NCBI RefSeq assembly: GCF_009914755.1 | Contig: NC_060934.1 | Origin: the human T2T-CHM13v2.0 reference genome, Homo sapiens | Reading direction: 5' to 3' (one strand) | Length of the DNA: 64,000 bases | Part shown: positions 13,740 to 30,379 of the stretch, piece after piece | How the letters are laid out: each line of letters starts with the position of its first letter | Numbering within the stretch: the stretch's first letter is position 1 | Notes under the pieces: generated by a model | Told to the model about the DNA's origin: nothing | What the model saw: the letters and a program-made list of their open reading frames with translations, nothing else | Databases searched by the model: none | Position numbers and translations under genes: made by a program

Positions 13740-13960
13740 AATAGTTGCAATTTATTAAGCATTTACAATGTTCAGAACATGTACTATTTTACATGCATTT
13801 AGTCATTTAATCCTTACTACAATCCTATTATTATCCTTATTTTCCAGAGAAAGAACTGAAGTTCAGAGAGGTTCAGAAGCCTACCCAAAGTCATGTAGCT
13901 AGTAGATTTAGTAGATAGAAGAGCTAGGATTTAAACCTTTGTCTCTCTCAAATTAGAGCC
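13740..13960 (-). mobile_element. MIR
   Basis: CATTTAATCCTTACTACAATCCT...AACTGAAGTTCAGAGAGGTT...CCCAAAGTCA. Confidence 0.75.
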
Positions 13961-13966
13961 TTAGTG

Positions 13967-14285
13967 GTTTTTTGGGGTTGTTTGTTTGTTTGTTTGTTTG
14001 ACAGAGTCTCACTCGGTCACCCAGGCTGGAGTGCAGTGGCATGATTATAGCTCACTGCAACCTCCTCCTTCTGAGCTCAAGTGATCCTCCTTCCTCAGCC
14101 TCCCAAGCAGCTGAAACTATAGATGCACACCACCATGCCTGGCTAATTTTTTTATTTTTTGTAGAGACGGGGTCTTGCTACGTTGCCGGGGCTGGTCTCA
14201 AACTCCTAGGCTCAATTGGTCCTCCTAATCCTCCTGCCTCAGCCTCCCAAAGTACTAGGATTACAAGCATGAGTCACCACGCCTA
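13967..14285 (-). mobile_element. AluJ with (TTTG)n tail
   Basis: Alu arms, GTTT-repeat tail. Confidence 0.9.
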
Positions 14286-15107
14286 AGTATAGTAATTGAC
14301 TGCTATACTCACATGGATTATATCAATCAGGGTAGGCAGGGTTATTTGGTAACCCTTTTCTAGGTTTATTTGTAACTCTCAAATCTTAGTGCCTTAAAAT
14401 AATAAATATTTACTTCTTATTCATGAAACTAAGAACTATGTGCAAGTCACAATAATAATCACACATTCATGTATGCATTGGTAGACTAGTCAGTATATGG
14501 AACATTGGTAAGTCGCTTTAGCAGAAGGAAAAACAGGCATGACAAAAAGGCATGATTGGCTCTCAAAGCGTCTCCCTGGAATTTGACACATCATTTCTGT
14601 TCATGTTTTGCTAGCTAATGCCTGTCATATAGCCATGCCTAAACCAATGGGACAGTGAAATATAATCCCACTATATGTCTGAAAGGAGATAGAAATAAAC
14701 AAAGATTTGCCAACAGCCCTAATGAAAACCACACTGATATAATATAATATGAAGGTTATAGGTAGGGGCTGTGTTTTCTTCACGCCTGTATCTCTGTCTT
14801 TTAGCAAAGTGACTGGTATATGTAGGAACTCAACACATATGTTGCATACATGCATGAATATATGAATAAATGAAAGAAAATATTAATGACAAGGAAATAT
14901 GGCCTTATCCTTTGATATATAACCAGAAGAGGCCTTTGCCTAGTTCTGCTTTAAACTGTAGCCCCAAGAGTACTCTGTCATAAGGGTGAAGTCTGATAGA
15001 TATTTAGGAAGTTTGTATATGAGGGGCTCAGGAGTTGTAATGGACAAGTTAGAAGGTAGAGCTCAAAGTTGCATTTGCATGGTACATTTGCAAGATTAAG
15101 AAATTAC

Positions 15108-15859
<752 letters not shown>

Positions 15860-16099
15860 TTAAGTTCAATTATTAATTAAAAACAACCAAACTAACAAAG
15901 GGATTTTTTATATCTGCAGTCACTCGGCTATGGTGTTCATTCTTCCCTTCCCAATTTGCCCCCTCTTTTAAGTATTTGGATTAAAATGCTAATTATAGGG
16001 GAATAAATACATCTTTACGATTTAAATGATTTAACAGAGTGAAAAAACTGCCGCCTAAGGATTGGCAGAGGGAACATATCAAAAGTAAACCACACCTTG

Positions 16100-16883
16100 C
16101 AACTGTAAAACTCCTAGGAGAAAACACAGGGGAAACCTTAATGATGTTCGTCTGGGCCATGGTTTCATGGATATGATACCAAAAGCACAAGCAACAAAAG
16201 CAAAAACAGGCAAGTGGGACTACATCAAACTGAAAGAGCTTTTGCACAGCAAAGGAAACAATTAACAGAGTAAAAAGGCAACCTACAGAATAGGAAAAAA
16301 TATGCAAACCATATATCAGATAAGAGGTTAATATCAAAAATATGAATTCCTACAATTTAATAGCAATAAAACTAATAACCTGATTTTAAAATGGGCTAAA
16401 GACTTGAATAACATTTCTCCAAAGAAGACATACAAATGGCCAGTAGATATATGAAAAGATGCTCAACATCACTATCAGGCACAGGCAAATCAAAACCAGC
16501 AAGAGCTATCATCTCACGCTTACTAGAATGAATATTATCAAAAAAAACAAAAGACAAAAAGTTTTGGTGAAGATGTGGAGAAATTGGAACCCTTGTACAC
16601 TGTGAAATGCAAAATGGTGCAGCTGCTCTGGATAACCATATGGAGGTTCCTCAAAAAAGTACAGATAGAACTATCATATGAACCAGCAATCTCACTTCTG
16701 GGACTGTCCAGAAAATTTGAAATCAGGATCTTGAAGAGATATTAGCACTCCAGTGTTCACTGCAGCACTATTCACAATAGCCAATGTGTGGAAACAACCC
16801 AAATGTCCATTGACAGAATGATTAAAAGAAACGTGGTATATGCATACAACAGAATGTTATTCAGCCTTAAAAAGAAAGAAATC
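16100..16883 (+). mobile_element. L1 (L1MA/MB-like) ORF2 3' fragment
   Basis: AAAACTCCTAGGAGAAAAC, ACTACATCAAACT, GCAGCACTATTCACAATAGCCAA, CAGCCTTAAAAAG. Confidence 0.85.
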
Positions 16884-16996
16884 AACTTTTTATTGAAATT
16901 CCTTTATTTGATTTTTAAAAATTATTTTCATATAATACTTGCATAACTTTCTTAAAGGAAAGTTTCCCCACAATGAAGATTAAAAGGGACTAAGTT

Positions 16997-17305
<309 letters not shown>

Positions 17306-17308
17306 GGG

Positions 17309-17603
17309 GGCCAGGCGCGTGGCTCAAAACTGTAATCCCAGCACTTTGGGAGGCTGAGGCGGGCGGATCACGAGGTCAGGAGCTCGAGACCATCCCTGGC
17401 TGACACGGTGAAACCCTGTCTCTACTAAAAATACAAAAAAATGAGCCAGGCGTGGTGGTGGGCGCCTGTAGTCCCAGCTACTCAGGAAGCTGAGGCAGGA
17501 GAATGGCATGAACCTGGGAGGCGGAGCTTGCAGTGAGCCGAGATCGCACCACTGGACTCCAGCCTGGGCGACAGAGCAAGGCTCCGTCTCAAAAAAAAAA
17601 AAA
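17309..17603 (+). mobile_element. AluY, tandem behind the preceding Alu
   Basis: GGATCACGAGGTCAGGAG, GAATGGCATGAACC, GGAGCTTGCAG diagnostics. Confidence 0.92.
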
Positions 17604-18578
17604 GGGACTAATTTCCCTCCTCATCCCACCTCAGCCATCTCTTGGATTTATCACTGTTTGATGAGGGTTTCACTGTTTCACCCTCCTAAACTGAGGCCAA
17701 TATGCCCTGTAGACATCAGTAATATCAGCCAGATGTTCATGTTTATAATATTTACACTCATGTGGGGGCAAAGTGCAGACCATTATATAACACACCCATC
17801 TGCTAAAAGCCTCCTCCACAGCAAAGAAAAAAGGCTGCCTAGTAAATGGATCCTCCTAGAAGTACATTCCAGAAACCACACTACCAACCTGCATTAGTGT
17901 ACTCAGAAGGGCCAGAGAGAAGCCTGTCCAAGACTTTGAGGAGATATTCATGGTAAAATAAAAGTTGGCATATATTACTGATTCCCAATAACCTGGCACA
18001 TCAGGGTATCTAAACCCAGTCTCCTTTTTCTTCCAAATAACTGATTTTGCCCCCATCAGCATATTTCCAAATCTTCTCCCCTTTATTTCTAGTTTAAAGG
18101 ATCAAACTGATGCTGATGTTTGAGATTTCTGTAATTCTCACCACTTAAAGGATGCAGTAGCAGATTAATCATAATAATTATTATTATTATGCTATAGAAG
18201 GGGCTTTGTGTTTTGAGGCTTCCAAATAGAAACTACCACACTATGTAGGGGCAAGATCCAGGGATATCACTCTCTGATAGCAAATCAAATAAGTCAGGAC
18301 AGAGTTGATGAGCTCAGACATTTTCTGACCATATTTCAGGGCCGTTCCCAGAAACAACTCATGATCCCTATGCTAGATAGACTGCTAGAATCATTCACTT
18401 GGGAATGTTAGATAAACTCTTCGTGGGAGCTGCAATGTGGCTTCATCCAATGCTTAATAATAGGAGGATTTGGTACCTGTTAAGGAATGCTGAGGAAGGA
18501 GAGTTAGAGGGCAAGAACTGCAGCCTTTTGCCAGAGGCGGACATGACCCAGTAGTTAACAACCAGACCAAGTCTGCTG

Positions 18579-18597
18579 TGGCCAACAGAGGGCAGCA
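18579..18597 (+). promoter_or_regulatory. Candidate CTCF motif
   Basis: TGGCCAACAGAGGGCAGCA; one mismatch to CCASYAGRKGGCRS. Confidence 0.5.
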
Positions 18598-21250
18598 GAA
18601 CCCCCCTGCCATGCACATGGGCACAGTGCCCATGTGACAGCCACTATGAACATCCGTGCTCCAGGACACTGGGACCACAAAAGGGTGGATCCCAGAAAAG
18701 GTATAACTAATGTGAGCAATGAGTTTTGGGGAAAGAAATTTTCTTCCTAGACAGTGGCCAGCAAGACTGTTATGGAGATTCCAAGAACAGAGTCCAGGGG
18801 TTCCCAAGGTTCTGATAATTTGTTTTGCTGAATAAGGTTTGCCAAGGTCCTGCCTCAGTCAGATGATAAGGAAGGCAGTAAAGGACAGAGAAAAAGAATG
18901 AAACTGAAGAAAGTATTTAAATAGCATCTTGCTTTGGTATTCTAAATAGACGTTCCTTAGCAAGAAGAGAGTACTCATATCTATGTCTCCCTCGTGAAGC
19001 TTCTGTTCTTCCCTGAAATCGATCCACTGGCCCACCTTGGAAGATTGGATTAGTCCCCCAAAGCCTGGTCATTCCAAGAGGAAAATCAGAATAACAGTCA
19101 CGGAATTCAGCTTTGGATCATGCAAAGTCAGAGACTGTAACATAGATTCCTAATGACTCAGCCAAGATATAAACAATTAATTCAATTCAGCATGAACAAC
19201 TACCCATCCTTTTAGCATGTCAGTAGATTTGCCCATGCATCACCTATATCAACAATGCCCATCACCTCCATAACAAAGGGGGTGTGGTAACAAACACTTT
19301 GCTTTCATCTTCCCATAGACCTCTGCCCTCGATCCTCCTAGCAGGAAGGCCAATGATCTGGCTCAGGTGATGGTGAGCATGGCAGGCATTGTACACGCAA
19401 TGAGAGAGCTGGCTTCATACCCACACAGACTACCTTGCTTTCCTCCTTGGTTAAGGGCAGGCAGACTGAGTGTAGTTGAATTTTACTGCCCTTGAACACA
19501 GCACAGCTTCATGTGCAGCAGCTTAGCAAGTACCAAATACCACTCAAGGTCGCCACTAGGTGAGATGACTATCCCAACAGGTCTGGACTTACAGGAAACT
19601 TACATTTTGAGAACAAAAATATAAGTTTAACCAGGCAAAAGTGCTGCTGTCAATGTGTTCCCAGCTTTCCAGTTGCCCTACAACTTAAAGAAGGTTCCGG
19701 CTTTTTCTAGTCAATTTCTTCTTCTCCCACAGCGTTCCCAGCATAGCCCTCTTTTGGGGACTCCCATGAAGCAGAATTGGGAGAAGAGGAGAATAACACA
19801 AAGTAACTCACAGGTTAGGCCGTAGGAGGGTGTCAGAATTTGTATTCTGAAAGAGACCAGAAGGAGCTGTGAATAGGGAGTGGAAGGGTGAGGACATGGG
19901 GATTTTAAGAAGAGTTCCTGTGAGTTACAGCCCTTTTATGACATTTAAAAAAAAATGTTGCTGGACTGCGTTAATTTGATGCAAGTCTTCTTTGAGAATG
20001 GACCCTATGAATCATCATTTCAATAGAATTATAGAAGAGACTAACATAATTCTGCTTCCTCCTTTGAATGAGCATTTGCATAATTTGAGTAGGTTATCCT
20101 ATATCTCATGAGAAGCAAAGAAAATTATCTAACTCACAGAATCTCAAATTAGCAGAAACCAAACAAACCAACATCCAAATATTTATCAAAACACTGCTGT
20201 TTGTGATCTTTGCTTCCATGTTATTTCACCATAAGCTTTCTGGAATCACCTTTGCTGCTTGGACACTGTTGGAGACGCTTCCTCTCCACCTCTCTGGGAA
20301 AGTCTTTGCCTGTAGCCTCTCATTACGGGGCCCTGGGCTTTGGACACATCTCTCTGTGGCCTGGACTGCTTGGTTAACATTTTCTGTGTCGCTGTCTCCC
20401 CCATGTGACAGAGCTGGTGTTCTTTCTTCAGTTCATTTTTCTGTCCTAAAGGGACCCTTTTGACTCCAGAATTGGAGGTATGCAAAGAAGCAAACTGTTG
20501 CTCAGTGTTACAGTCACAAGGCCAAGAGGTGTTTAGTTAACTTTTATAAGTGGATTTAGGTTTATGCCAGAGTAAGAGGCAGAGTCGGGAACAGCTTTTC
20601 CTCATAAAGAAGGAAAACAAAAAAAGAGGCAACATTGATTGGAGAAAGTCTCCTGGTAACAGAAAGAATTTTGATATCTGAGCTGCTGGATGCATGCGCT
20701 TTCTTTCTCTCTCTGATTCCCCCCCCACCCACCTCACTGAAGTAGGATAAGGGCAGAGATAACTGAGAGGAGGTGGAATTCACTGGGGAAATTACCTCGG
20801 AAGCAGGCTATGGAAGAGGGCACCACAGAAACAGGTCCCCCTGTAACCATAGTGACGGCTGAAGAAGGAAGGGCACAGTGGAGAGAGGGAGCAAGGACAG
20901 GGACACGGGAAAAGCTGGGAGCGAAGGGGACCCCCAGGTCAAAGGGGCGAGTGACAGAAGCTGTGACTAGTTGAGGCTAAATTCAGGTTTTTAAAGGAAG
21001 ATGAATTAATTTCTAACTGCAATTATTTAGGGAGGCAAGATGCATGTGATGTTATGGGTTCTTTTTACCTTTAAATGGAGTATAATTTTTTTTAAAGTTT
21101 AGCTATTTTTACTAAAGCAAGATTAGGAGAGAGCAGTGGAAAGTTGTGGCTAGAAGTGGAAATGGGTGTCAGGAGAGTTCGAGAGGAAGGTAGACTCAGC
21201 TCCCTAGAATCTCAGACACTGTCCTCATCTTGGGTGGAAGCAGCGCCCGG

Positions 21251-21267
21251 CTGCCTCCTGGTGGCAG
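21251..21267 (-). promoter_or_regulatory. Candidate CTCF motif
   Basis: Reverse complement CTGCCACCAGGAGGCAG; one mismatch to core consensus. Confidence 0.5.
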
Positions 21268-21351
21268 CTGGTTCCAATTAGCAGGGAGTAATTAGGAGGA
21301 GGTTTCACTCGCTGACGCTGAAATGGCAAAATCCAAGCCACAGGCATAGAC

Positions 21352-21432
21352 GGATGGCCAGATTTAGCACATAAAAATACAGGGTGCTCTGTTAAATTTG
21401 AATGTCAGACAAACATGAACAATATTTTAGTT
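21352..21432. mobile_element. MER53-like hAT MITE fragment
   Basis: GCCAGATTTAGCACATAAAAATACAGG...GTTAAATTTGAAT. Confidence 0.65.
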
Positions 21433-22279
21433 TGCGCTTGCTTCATGACAACCTTAGTAAGGCAGTACATACTGATTCAATTTCTTCCTCTTGGTCTCTC
21501 GCCTCTGCATTTTTAAAAAAGAAAGGAGATGACATTCAACCAAGGTAGATAGTAAATAAATAAATAAGTAAGTAAATAAATGAAAGGGAAGGAAGGAGAA
21601 AAGAAGAGAGGCAGGTAGGGAGAGAAGGAGGAAGGCTCTTGGCCCCAAATTATCATTTCCTCTAATTCTCCATTTACAAAACTCCATTCCTTCTTGCCCC
21701 CTCACCACCCGCCTCTTTTCACCATCCTAGGGACACTTTGTAACTATTCCCTACAATATGTCTTCAAAACATTAAATCAGAACCAAGCCACACCAATGAA
21801 AGCAAACCTCAACTCTCTGGTTCCAAAAACCACCGGGGTCTCTTCCTGGACACTAAAGATATATTCTGACCCCCTCCTCCTGCCTCCCGTGAGCCTCCAC
21901 CTCGGCAGCATGACTTGCTGCTGCTAGATCTGTACCTGCCAGCTCACCTCACCTCTTAACCCCCTGCTTGCATTTTCTTCAGGTTCTTGTCTTTGATGCA
22001 CAGTTCTTAAAGTATCTCCTAATTAAGTGCTCGGAAACAGGTGCCAATAAATCTAGTTACAGTAATATTTCAAAGAGGTGTTTTACAAAATAAATCGATG
22101 TTTATGGTTCAGTATGTGGTGTATGGTAATGGTGTTCTTTAATGGATTTTCCTCACACAGCCCATCTCAGCTCCAGCTGAGGCTGGATGCTCCCAGCCCC
22201 CAGCCCCTAGCCCCAGTTCCCCGTCCTAACTGAACACTACTACAGAAAAGTCCAGAAAGAAGACAGCAGTTCACTTATC

Positions 22280-23130
22280 ATCTTGAAACTTCAATCAGAT
22301 CATGCCATTCTGCTTAAAACCCTCCATTGCTCTCCTATAACATTTAGAATAAGATACAGAATGTCCACAATGGCCTCTAAAGTCTGTGGGGTTTTCCTCT
22401 ACCCACAGCATCCCACCCTATTCCCTGCTCACTGCTATCTAGCCCCATGAAAACCCTTTCTGTTCATGGAAGATGCGAAACCTTTTTCTGCCTCAGACTC
22501 TTGTACTTGTTTTCCCTTCTGCCTGGAATGCTTCCCCATGCCCAGTTCTTTGGATGGAGAGGTCATTCTAATGCTTCAGGACCCAGTTCTAAGGTGTTAA
22601 GAATATTCTATATCCTGGAATTTGTGCACCTTATTGTATGGATGTCACATCTCGGTAAAAGGTAAAATGTAATGTATTACTAATTCACTACTAGATCACC
22701 CTTTTGATTTCCTTCCTGACAATGATCACAAACCATAATTATCATATTAACTTGTTTACTTGTTTACTGTCTGTCTTCCACTTAGATCAGGAGGTGGCAA
22801 ACTATGCCACCATCCAAGTCTAGCCACCACTTATTTTTATAAACAAAGTTTCATTGGTACCTAGCCACACCCATCCATTTACTGTTGTCTGTGGCTGCTT
22901 TTACTAAGCTACAGTGGCAGAACTGAGTAATTGTAACACAGATTGTATAGCTTCACAAAACCTAAGATGCTTACTGTCTAGCCCTTTCCAAAAAAAAAAA
23001 AAAACAGCTTGAAACCCCTGCCATGGACTGTAAGTTTCATGAAGGCAAGAACTGTGTCAGTCTTCTCCACCTGTATTTCAGGATCCAAAACAGTGCCTGG
23101 CACAAACTCAGCAACCCCTCAATAAGTGTT
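22280..23130 (+). mobile_element. L2 3' fragments (interrupted by MER58)
   Basis: CAGATCATGCCATTCTGCTTAAAACCCTCC; GACTGTAAGTTTCATGAAGGCAAG...CAGTGCCTGGCAC. Confidence 0.65.
22788..23020. mobile_element. MER58A-like hAT-Charlie element
   Basis: CAGGAGGTGGCAAACT...ACCCCTG termini, AAAGTTTCATTGG, CTGTGGCTGCTTT. Confidence 0.75.
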
Positions 23131-24329
23131 GGCTCCTGTCCGGCCCCTACCACTGGCTCCCCTGGCGCAGTCTCCTAGCTTGCCCTTTCCCTCATCTGAT
23201 CCTGGCGCCTGGCCATTTGCCTGCAGAGTGTAGGTTCTTGCCATCTGCCAGTCCCTTGTAGCCCTGCCTCCTTGCTCGATGTCACCAAACTGGTGCTTCT
23301 TGTGCCCTGATGCTGAAAACCCATCTAATCACAACCAATAATCTTCTAACACAAAAGCTTCCTCTGCTGTTTGTGTGTTTTAGAAGCAATCGTTTTGTAG
23401 TATGCCAATCCATTCTCTATAATCATGAAAGATGCCTGTCTTAAAATGTCCTTCTATCATTCAGCTTTTTGTTAATATATTTATTTAGGTATCTTCCTAT
23501 TATAAAAGCGATTCATATACATAACACACAATTTTGAAAATAAAGAAAAACTAAGAGACAACCGTTTTTAGCACTGATGTGGTTTCTTTTTATTAGTCTT
23601 TCTATGCTATTTTTTAATGCATGCTTGTATAAAACAACAAAAAATGGCTACAAATTTTCTCCCTTGTATTATAATAAGCATTTTTATATCATATATTCTT
23701 TGTAAAGTATTATTTTAGTAGCTGCATAATATTATATTAAATGGAAATATTAATATTTATTTATTGTTGGGAAATATTTATAATATATTCAGATCTTTAC
23801 CATAGAAAGTAATACAGCCATGAACATCTTTGTGTATGAAGCTTTTTTCCCCCATTTTTTGGATTACTTCCTCTAGGAAGAGTTCCAGAAACAGAATTAC
23901 TGGATCAAGAACCATTGTTTTGAGTTCAGATAAATACTGGCATCCTCACTTTTAAAAGGCCTGAAAACTTCTTAATAAAGATATCAGAGCAAATGCATTC
24001 ATAATCCTCTTTCCTGTGCTCCAAGTCCATAGGAATGACAGGTTAGATATTAAATACATATTTCTATGCTTCTCTAAAAATGCAAGAGGAAAATGTCACT
24101 GGCTCAAAAAAGGAGTAAAACTTAAACAATAAGCAAAGTATAAAACCACAGGGACAAACAGTGAGACTGGAACTAGGCAAACAAGACTGGAGTCCAGAGG
24201 AAGGACTGAATGTAGCCCTTGGTAGTGGGGAGCTACCCAAGAACAGTGGATGACAGAACTTCATCCATACATCTAGAACAGTGGCAGAAATACACCACTT
24301 GCTCAGGGTCAGTGTCCAAAGCAGAGTCC

Positions 24330-24712
24330 TATATTAGTCCATTCTCACACTGCTAGAAAGAACTATTTGAGACTTGGTTATTTATGAAGAAAAGGAGTTT
24401 AATTGACTCACGGTTCAACAGGCTCTACAGTTTCACATGGCCAGGGGGCCTCAGGAAACTTACAATCATGGCAGAAGGTGAAGGAGAAGCATATCTTAGC
24501 AAGGCAGAGTAGAAGGAGAGACAGAATGAGGGGGAAAGTGCCACACACTTTTAAACCATCGGATCTCATGAGAACTCATTCGTTATCACAAGAACAGCAA
24601 GGGGGAAATCCACCTCCGTGATCCAATCACCTCCCACCAGTCTCCTCCCCTGACATGTGAGGATTGCAATTTGACATAAGATTTGGGTGAGACATGGAGC
24701 CAAACCATATCA
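24330..24712 (-). mobile_element. MSTA-like MaLR solo LTR
   Basis: TATTAGTCCATTCTCACACTGCT...CCAAACCATATCA. Confidence 0.88.
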
Positions 24713-24744
24713 GTGCTATTCCTGGTGCTGGAGAGGAAACACTT

Positions 24745-26025
24745 TACCTTCACAGAGTCAGTGCCTGGGGGCCTACGAATCTAAACCATCAAAAGATAGA
24801 TTGACAAGAGAAAAGAAGAGTTGATTTAAGCATGCAATGTGCATACACACAGGAGTGCTCAGTGATGCACTCAGTGATTGTGCTCACTGTTAGAATTCAG
24901 GGCTTATGTACCTAACATAGTAGGGGAAGGAAAAAGGAGAAAAGGCTCCTATGAGAAGAACAAATAGGTTTCCTTAGGAAAGACAATTGGATTTTTATGA
25001 GAATAAATGGGAGATAAGAAAGTTTGTGACATTTTATTTACATAGGTGCTAGTGGCCTTTCTCTCTTCTTCACAGCTAGGACTCTCCCTAGGAGAAGGGA
25101 TTTATGGTAGTCTCATTTCCCAAAGTTGCTGTGTTTCATCAGATTAGGAAAGCTCCAAGAAAGTCTTTTTCTGCATCTGTTGAGTCTCAAATGTCTTCAG
25201 CTTAAAATAATCTTTACAACAACTCTGTAATCGCCTGATGAGTTCGTCCCATCCTCTGCACAGACAAACCCAATTCACCGAGACCATGGTATTGCAGTAG
25301 TTTAATTGATGTGAGGCTGGCCACAGGGGAAATAGAGTTAGTACTCAAATCAGTCTCCCCAAAGGCTCACGGGTTAGGGTTTTTCAAGGATAGTTTGGTG
25401 GGCAGGGGATAGAGAATGGGTGCTGCTGATTGGTTGGCAATGCAATCATAGGGGTGTGGAAAATGGTCACCATCTGTGCACTGAGTCCACCTCTTGGTGG
25501 GAGAGGAGGGCACAGAAATAGTTGAGTTATGAGTCATGAGTCTGGGTGGCATCAGTCTGAAAAACATCTCAAAAGACCAATCTTAAGTTCTACAATAGTG
25601 ATATTATCTATATGAGCAATTAGGGAAGTCATAAATCTTGTGACCTCTGGCCACACGATTCCTGAGAAGTAAGGGATCATAAAAACTATACCGACATTTT
25701 AGCAGAATTCAGGCCCCTCCCATAATCCTAATCTTATGGCCTTTCATTAGTCTTATGAAAGTAGTTTCAGCCCGCCCCCTGGCCCCAACAAGGAGAGGAT
25801 TCGTTTCAGGGAGAAACTATTATCATCCTTGCTTCCAAGTTAAACTATAAATTTTAATTTGGTTAAAAGTAAGAATATGTTAGCTTGTCCTATGCCCAGG
25901 AATGAGTGAAGACAGCCAACCGGTGAGGCTAGAAGCAAGATGGAGTCAGTCATATCAGATTTCTCTTACTGTCATAATCTTTGCAAAGGTGGTTTCAACT
26001 CAGGGATTCTGAGTGAGTCTTTACA
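24745..26025 (-). mobile_element. ERV1 LTR (MER34-like), interrupted by an LTR8-like element
   Basis: AGATTGACAAGAGAAAA and TTCAGCTTAAAATAATCTT motifs shared with similar LTRs at 48012 and 51860; boundaries approximate. Confidence 0.5.
25226..25997 (-). mobile_element. LTR8-family ERV1 solo LTR
   Basis: Reverse complement starts TGAAACCACCTTTGCAAAGATTATGACAG; perfect 4-bp TSD ACTC (25222-25225, 25998-26001). Confidence 0.85.
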
Positions 26026-26600
26026 CCAGTCTGTACCATGTGCATTGTGGAGAATTTTCACCCCAGAAATGAGCAGCTGTGAGTTGAGCTGCAAACATAT
26101 GGCATAGGTTTAGTCTAGTCAACCTATGAGATCAAGACTAAGGGAGCCAAGAAACTGCCTCACAGGCAAGGGAAGTGTGGGAGAAAATTCTCACGCAATA
26201 TGAACTTTCCGGCAAAAGTTAAAAGACACAGAGCACACTGAAAGGTCATCACAAATCAAAGATCTACATTCTAAAGTGACAGAAGAATCTAAAAAGAACT
26301 TTGAAATGAAACTGTTTAAAATTTTCAGGGAAATAAAAGAAGATAACATCAATAAAACCACAATAGGACATTATAAAACTGGAATAGGTAAGTAATAAAA
26401 AAACAACAGAAAATTATTCACCCCACAACTTTAAAAAACAAGATAGCCATCCCTTAAAGGAACTGCATTTCACTACACTGACAGAAGAGGGTGATCTTGA
26501 ACTAGAAATGGTAAATAACTTCATGAAATACACTGCAATGAAATGAAGCATCCTAAATCCATGTAAAGCTACTTTAAGGGGGAATAAAAATTAGAATCAG

Positions 26601-26907
26601 GGCCAGGCGCAGTGGCTCATGCCTGTAATCCCAGTACTTTGGGAGGCCAAGGCGGGCAGATTATTTGAGGTCAGGAGTTCAAGACCACCCTGGCCAACAT
26701 GGTGAAGCCCCGTCTCTGCTAAAAATATAAAAATTAGCTGGGCATGGTGGCACACGCCTGTAATCCCAGCTACCTAGGAGGCTGAGGCCCAAGAATCACT
26801 TGAACAAGAGATGTGAGGTTGCAGTGAGCTGAGATGGCACCACTGCACTCCAGCCTGGGTGACAGAGCGAGACTCCATCTCAAAAAAAAAAAAAAAAAAA
26901 AAAAAAA
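26601..26907 (+). mobile_element. AluS
   Basis: Full Alu, long poly(A). Confidence 0.92.
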
Positions 26908-27399
26908 TCAGAGTCAAAGCCTTTAGCTGATGAAGTCCTTCCCAAAAAAGAACCACAAAGCAACAACAAAACACAAAATTTTAAATGGAATTGATATCCT
27001 CAAACATTTGGAAATATAAAAAAACCACCTTGAATCAGATATTTGAAAACCAAGAACAGAAATGAACAAAACAACAGATAAGTACATATTTTATAAATTG
27101 ATTGATTGATTCAACTCAGGAAAGAAAAAGACAAAATCATCTTAGGAATAAAGGCCAAATTACAAACACCCAGTGGAGAGTAGACTAAACTGAAAAGTTA
27201 AGAAGATTGAACAGAGGCAGGAAAATGAACAAGAAAATAAAAATGAACTAAAAACAGAAGCAAAAAGATTCAGAGAGAAAGTGGTTGAAATGGAAGATAA
27301 ACAAAGAAAATTAAAGATACAGATCACTTGAACCCCTGAAGAAGACATATAAAACAATGGAATAAAACTCACATTTAAGCCTATAATCTAAAGTGGAGA

Positions 27400-29595
<2,196 letters not shown>

Positions 29596-29611
29596 TCAAA
29601 AAGTTGATGTT

Positions 29612-29891
29612 GGCCGGGTGCAGTGGCTCACACCTGTAATCTCAGGCCTTTGGGAGGCCCAGGTAGGTGGATCACCTGAGGTCAGGAGTTCGAGATCAAC
29701 ATGGCCAACATGGAGAAACCCCACATCTACGAAAAGTAGAAAAATTAGCTGGGTGTGGTGGCATGTGCCTGTAATCCCAGCTACTCTGGAGGCTGAAGCA
29801 GAAGAATCACTTGAATCCAGGAGGCGGGGGTTGCAGTGAGCTGAGATCACGCCACTGCACAAGCCTGGGCCACAGAGTGAGACCCTGTCTC

Positions 29892-29919
<28 letters not shown>
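29612..29919 (+). mobile_element. AluS
   Basis: Full Alu; TSD AAAAAGTTGATGTT. Confidence 0.92.
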
Positions 29920-29922
<3 letters not shown>

Positions 29923-30047
29923 GATGTTAAAAAAGTATAATCTAAGAAAATTTTCCAGGAAGAAAAAAAAACACCTGAATTTATTAATGGAAATATCCCA
30001 TGGTGTATGTGGTAAATTGGTATCAGTCACTCAAAAATATGGTCAGG

Positions 30048-30223
30048 TATATATATATATGTATATATATATATACACATATATATATGTATATATATAT
30101 ATACATATATATATGTATATATATATGTATATATATATATACACACATATATATATATGTGTATATATATATATACATACATATGTGTATATATATATGT
30201 ATATATATATACACATATATATG

Positions 30224-30273
<50 letters not shown>

Positions 30274-30274
30274 C
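30048..30274. repeat. Long interrupted (TA)n microsatellite
   Basis: ~225 bp alternating purine-pyrimidine TA with TG/CA interruptions. Confidence 0.97.
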
Positions 30275-30379
30275 CCAATGTGCCAAAAGTAACACCCACA
30301 GTTCTCTCTGAGACATGCCTTTCTCTCTCTGGACTTCATCAGGATATGCCAAGCTACTCTAAAGAAGGGCTCTTAAGAG

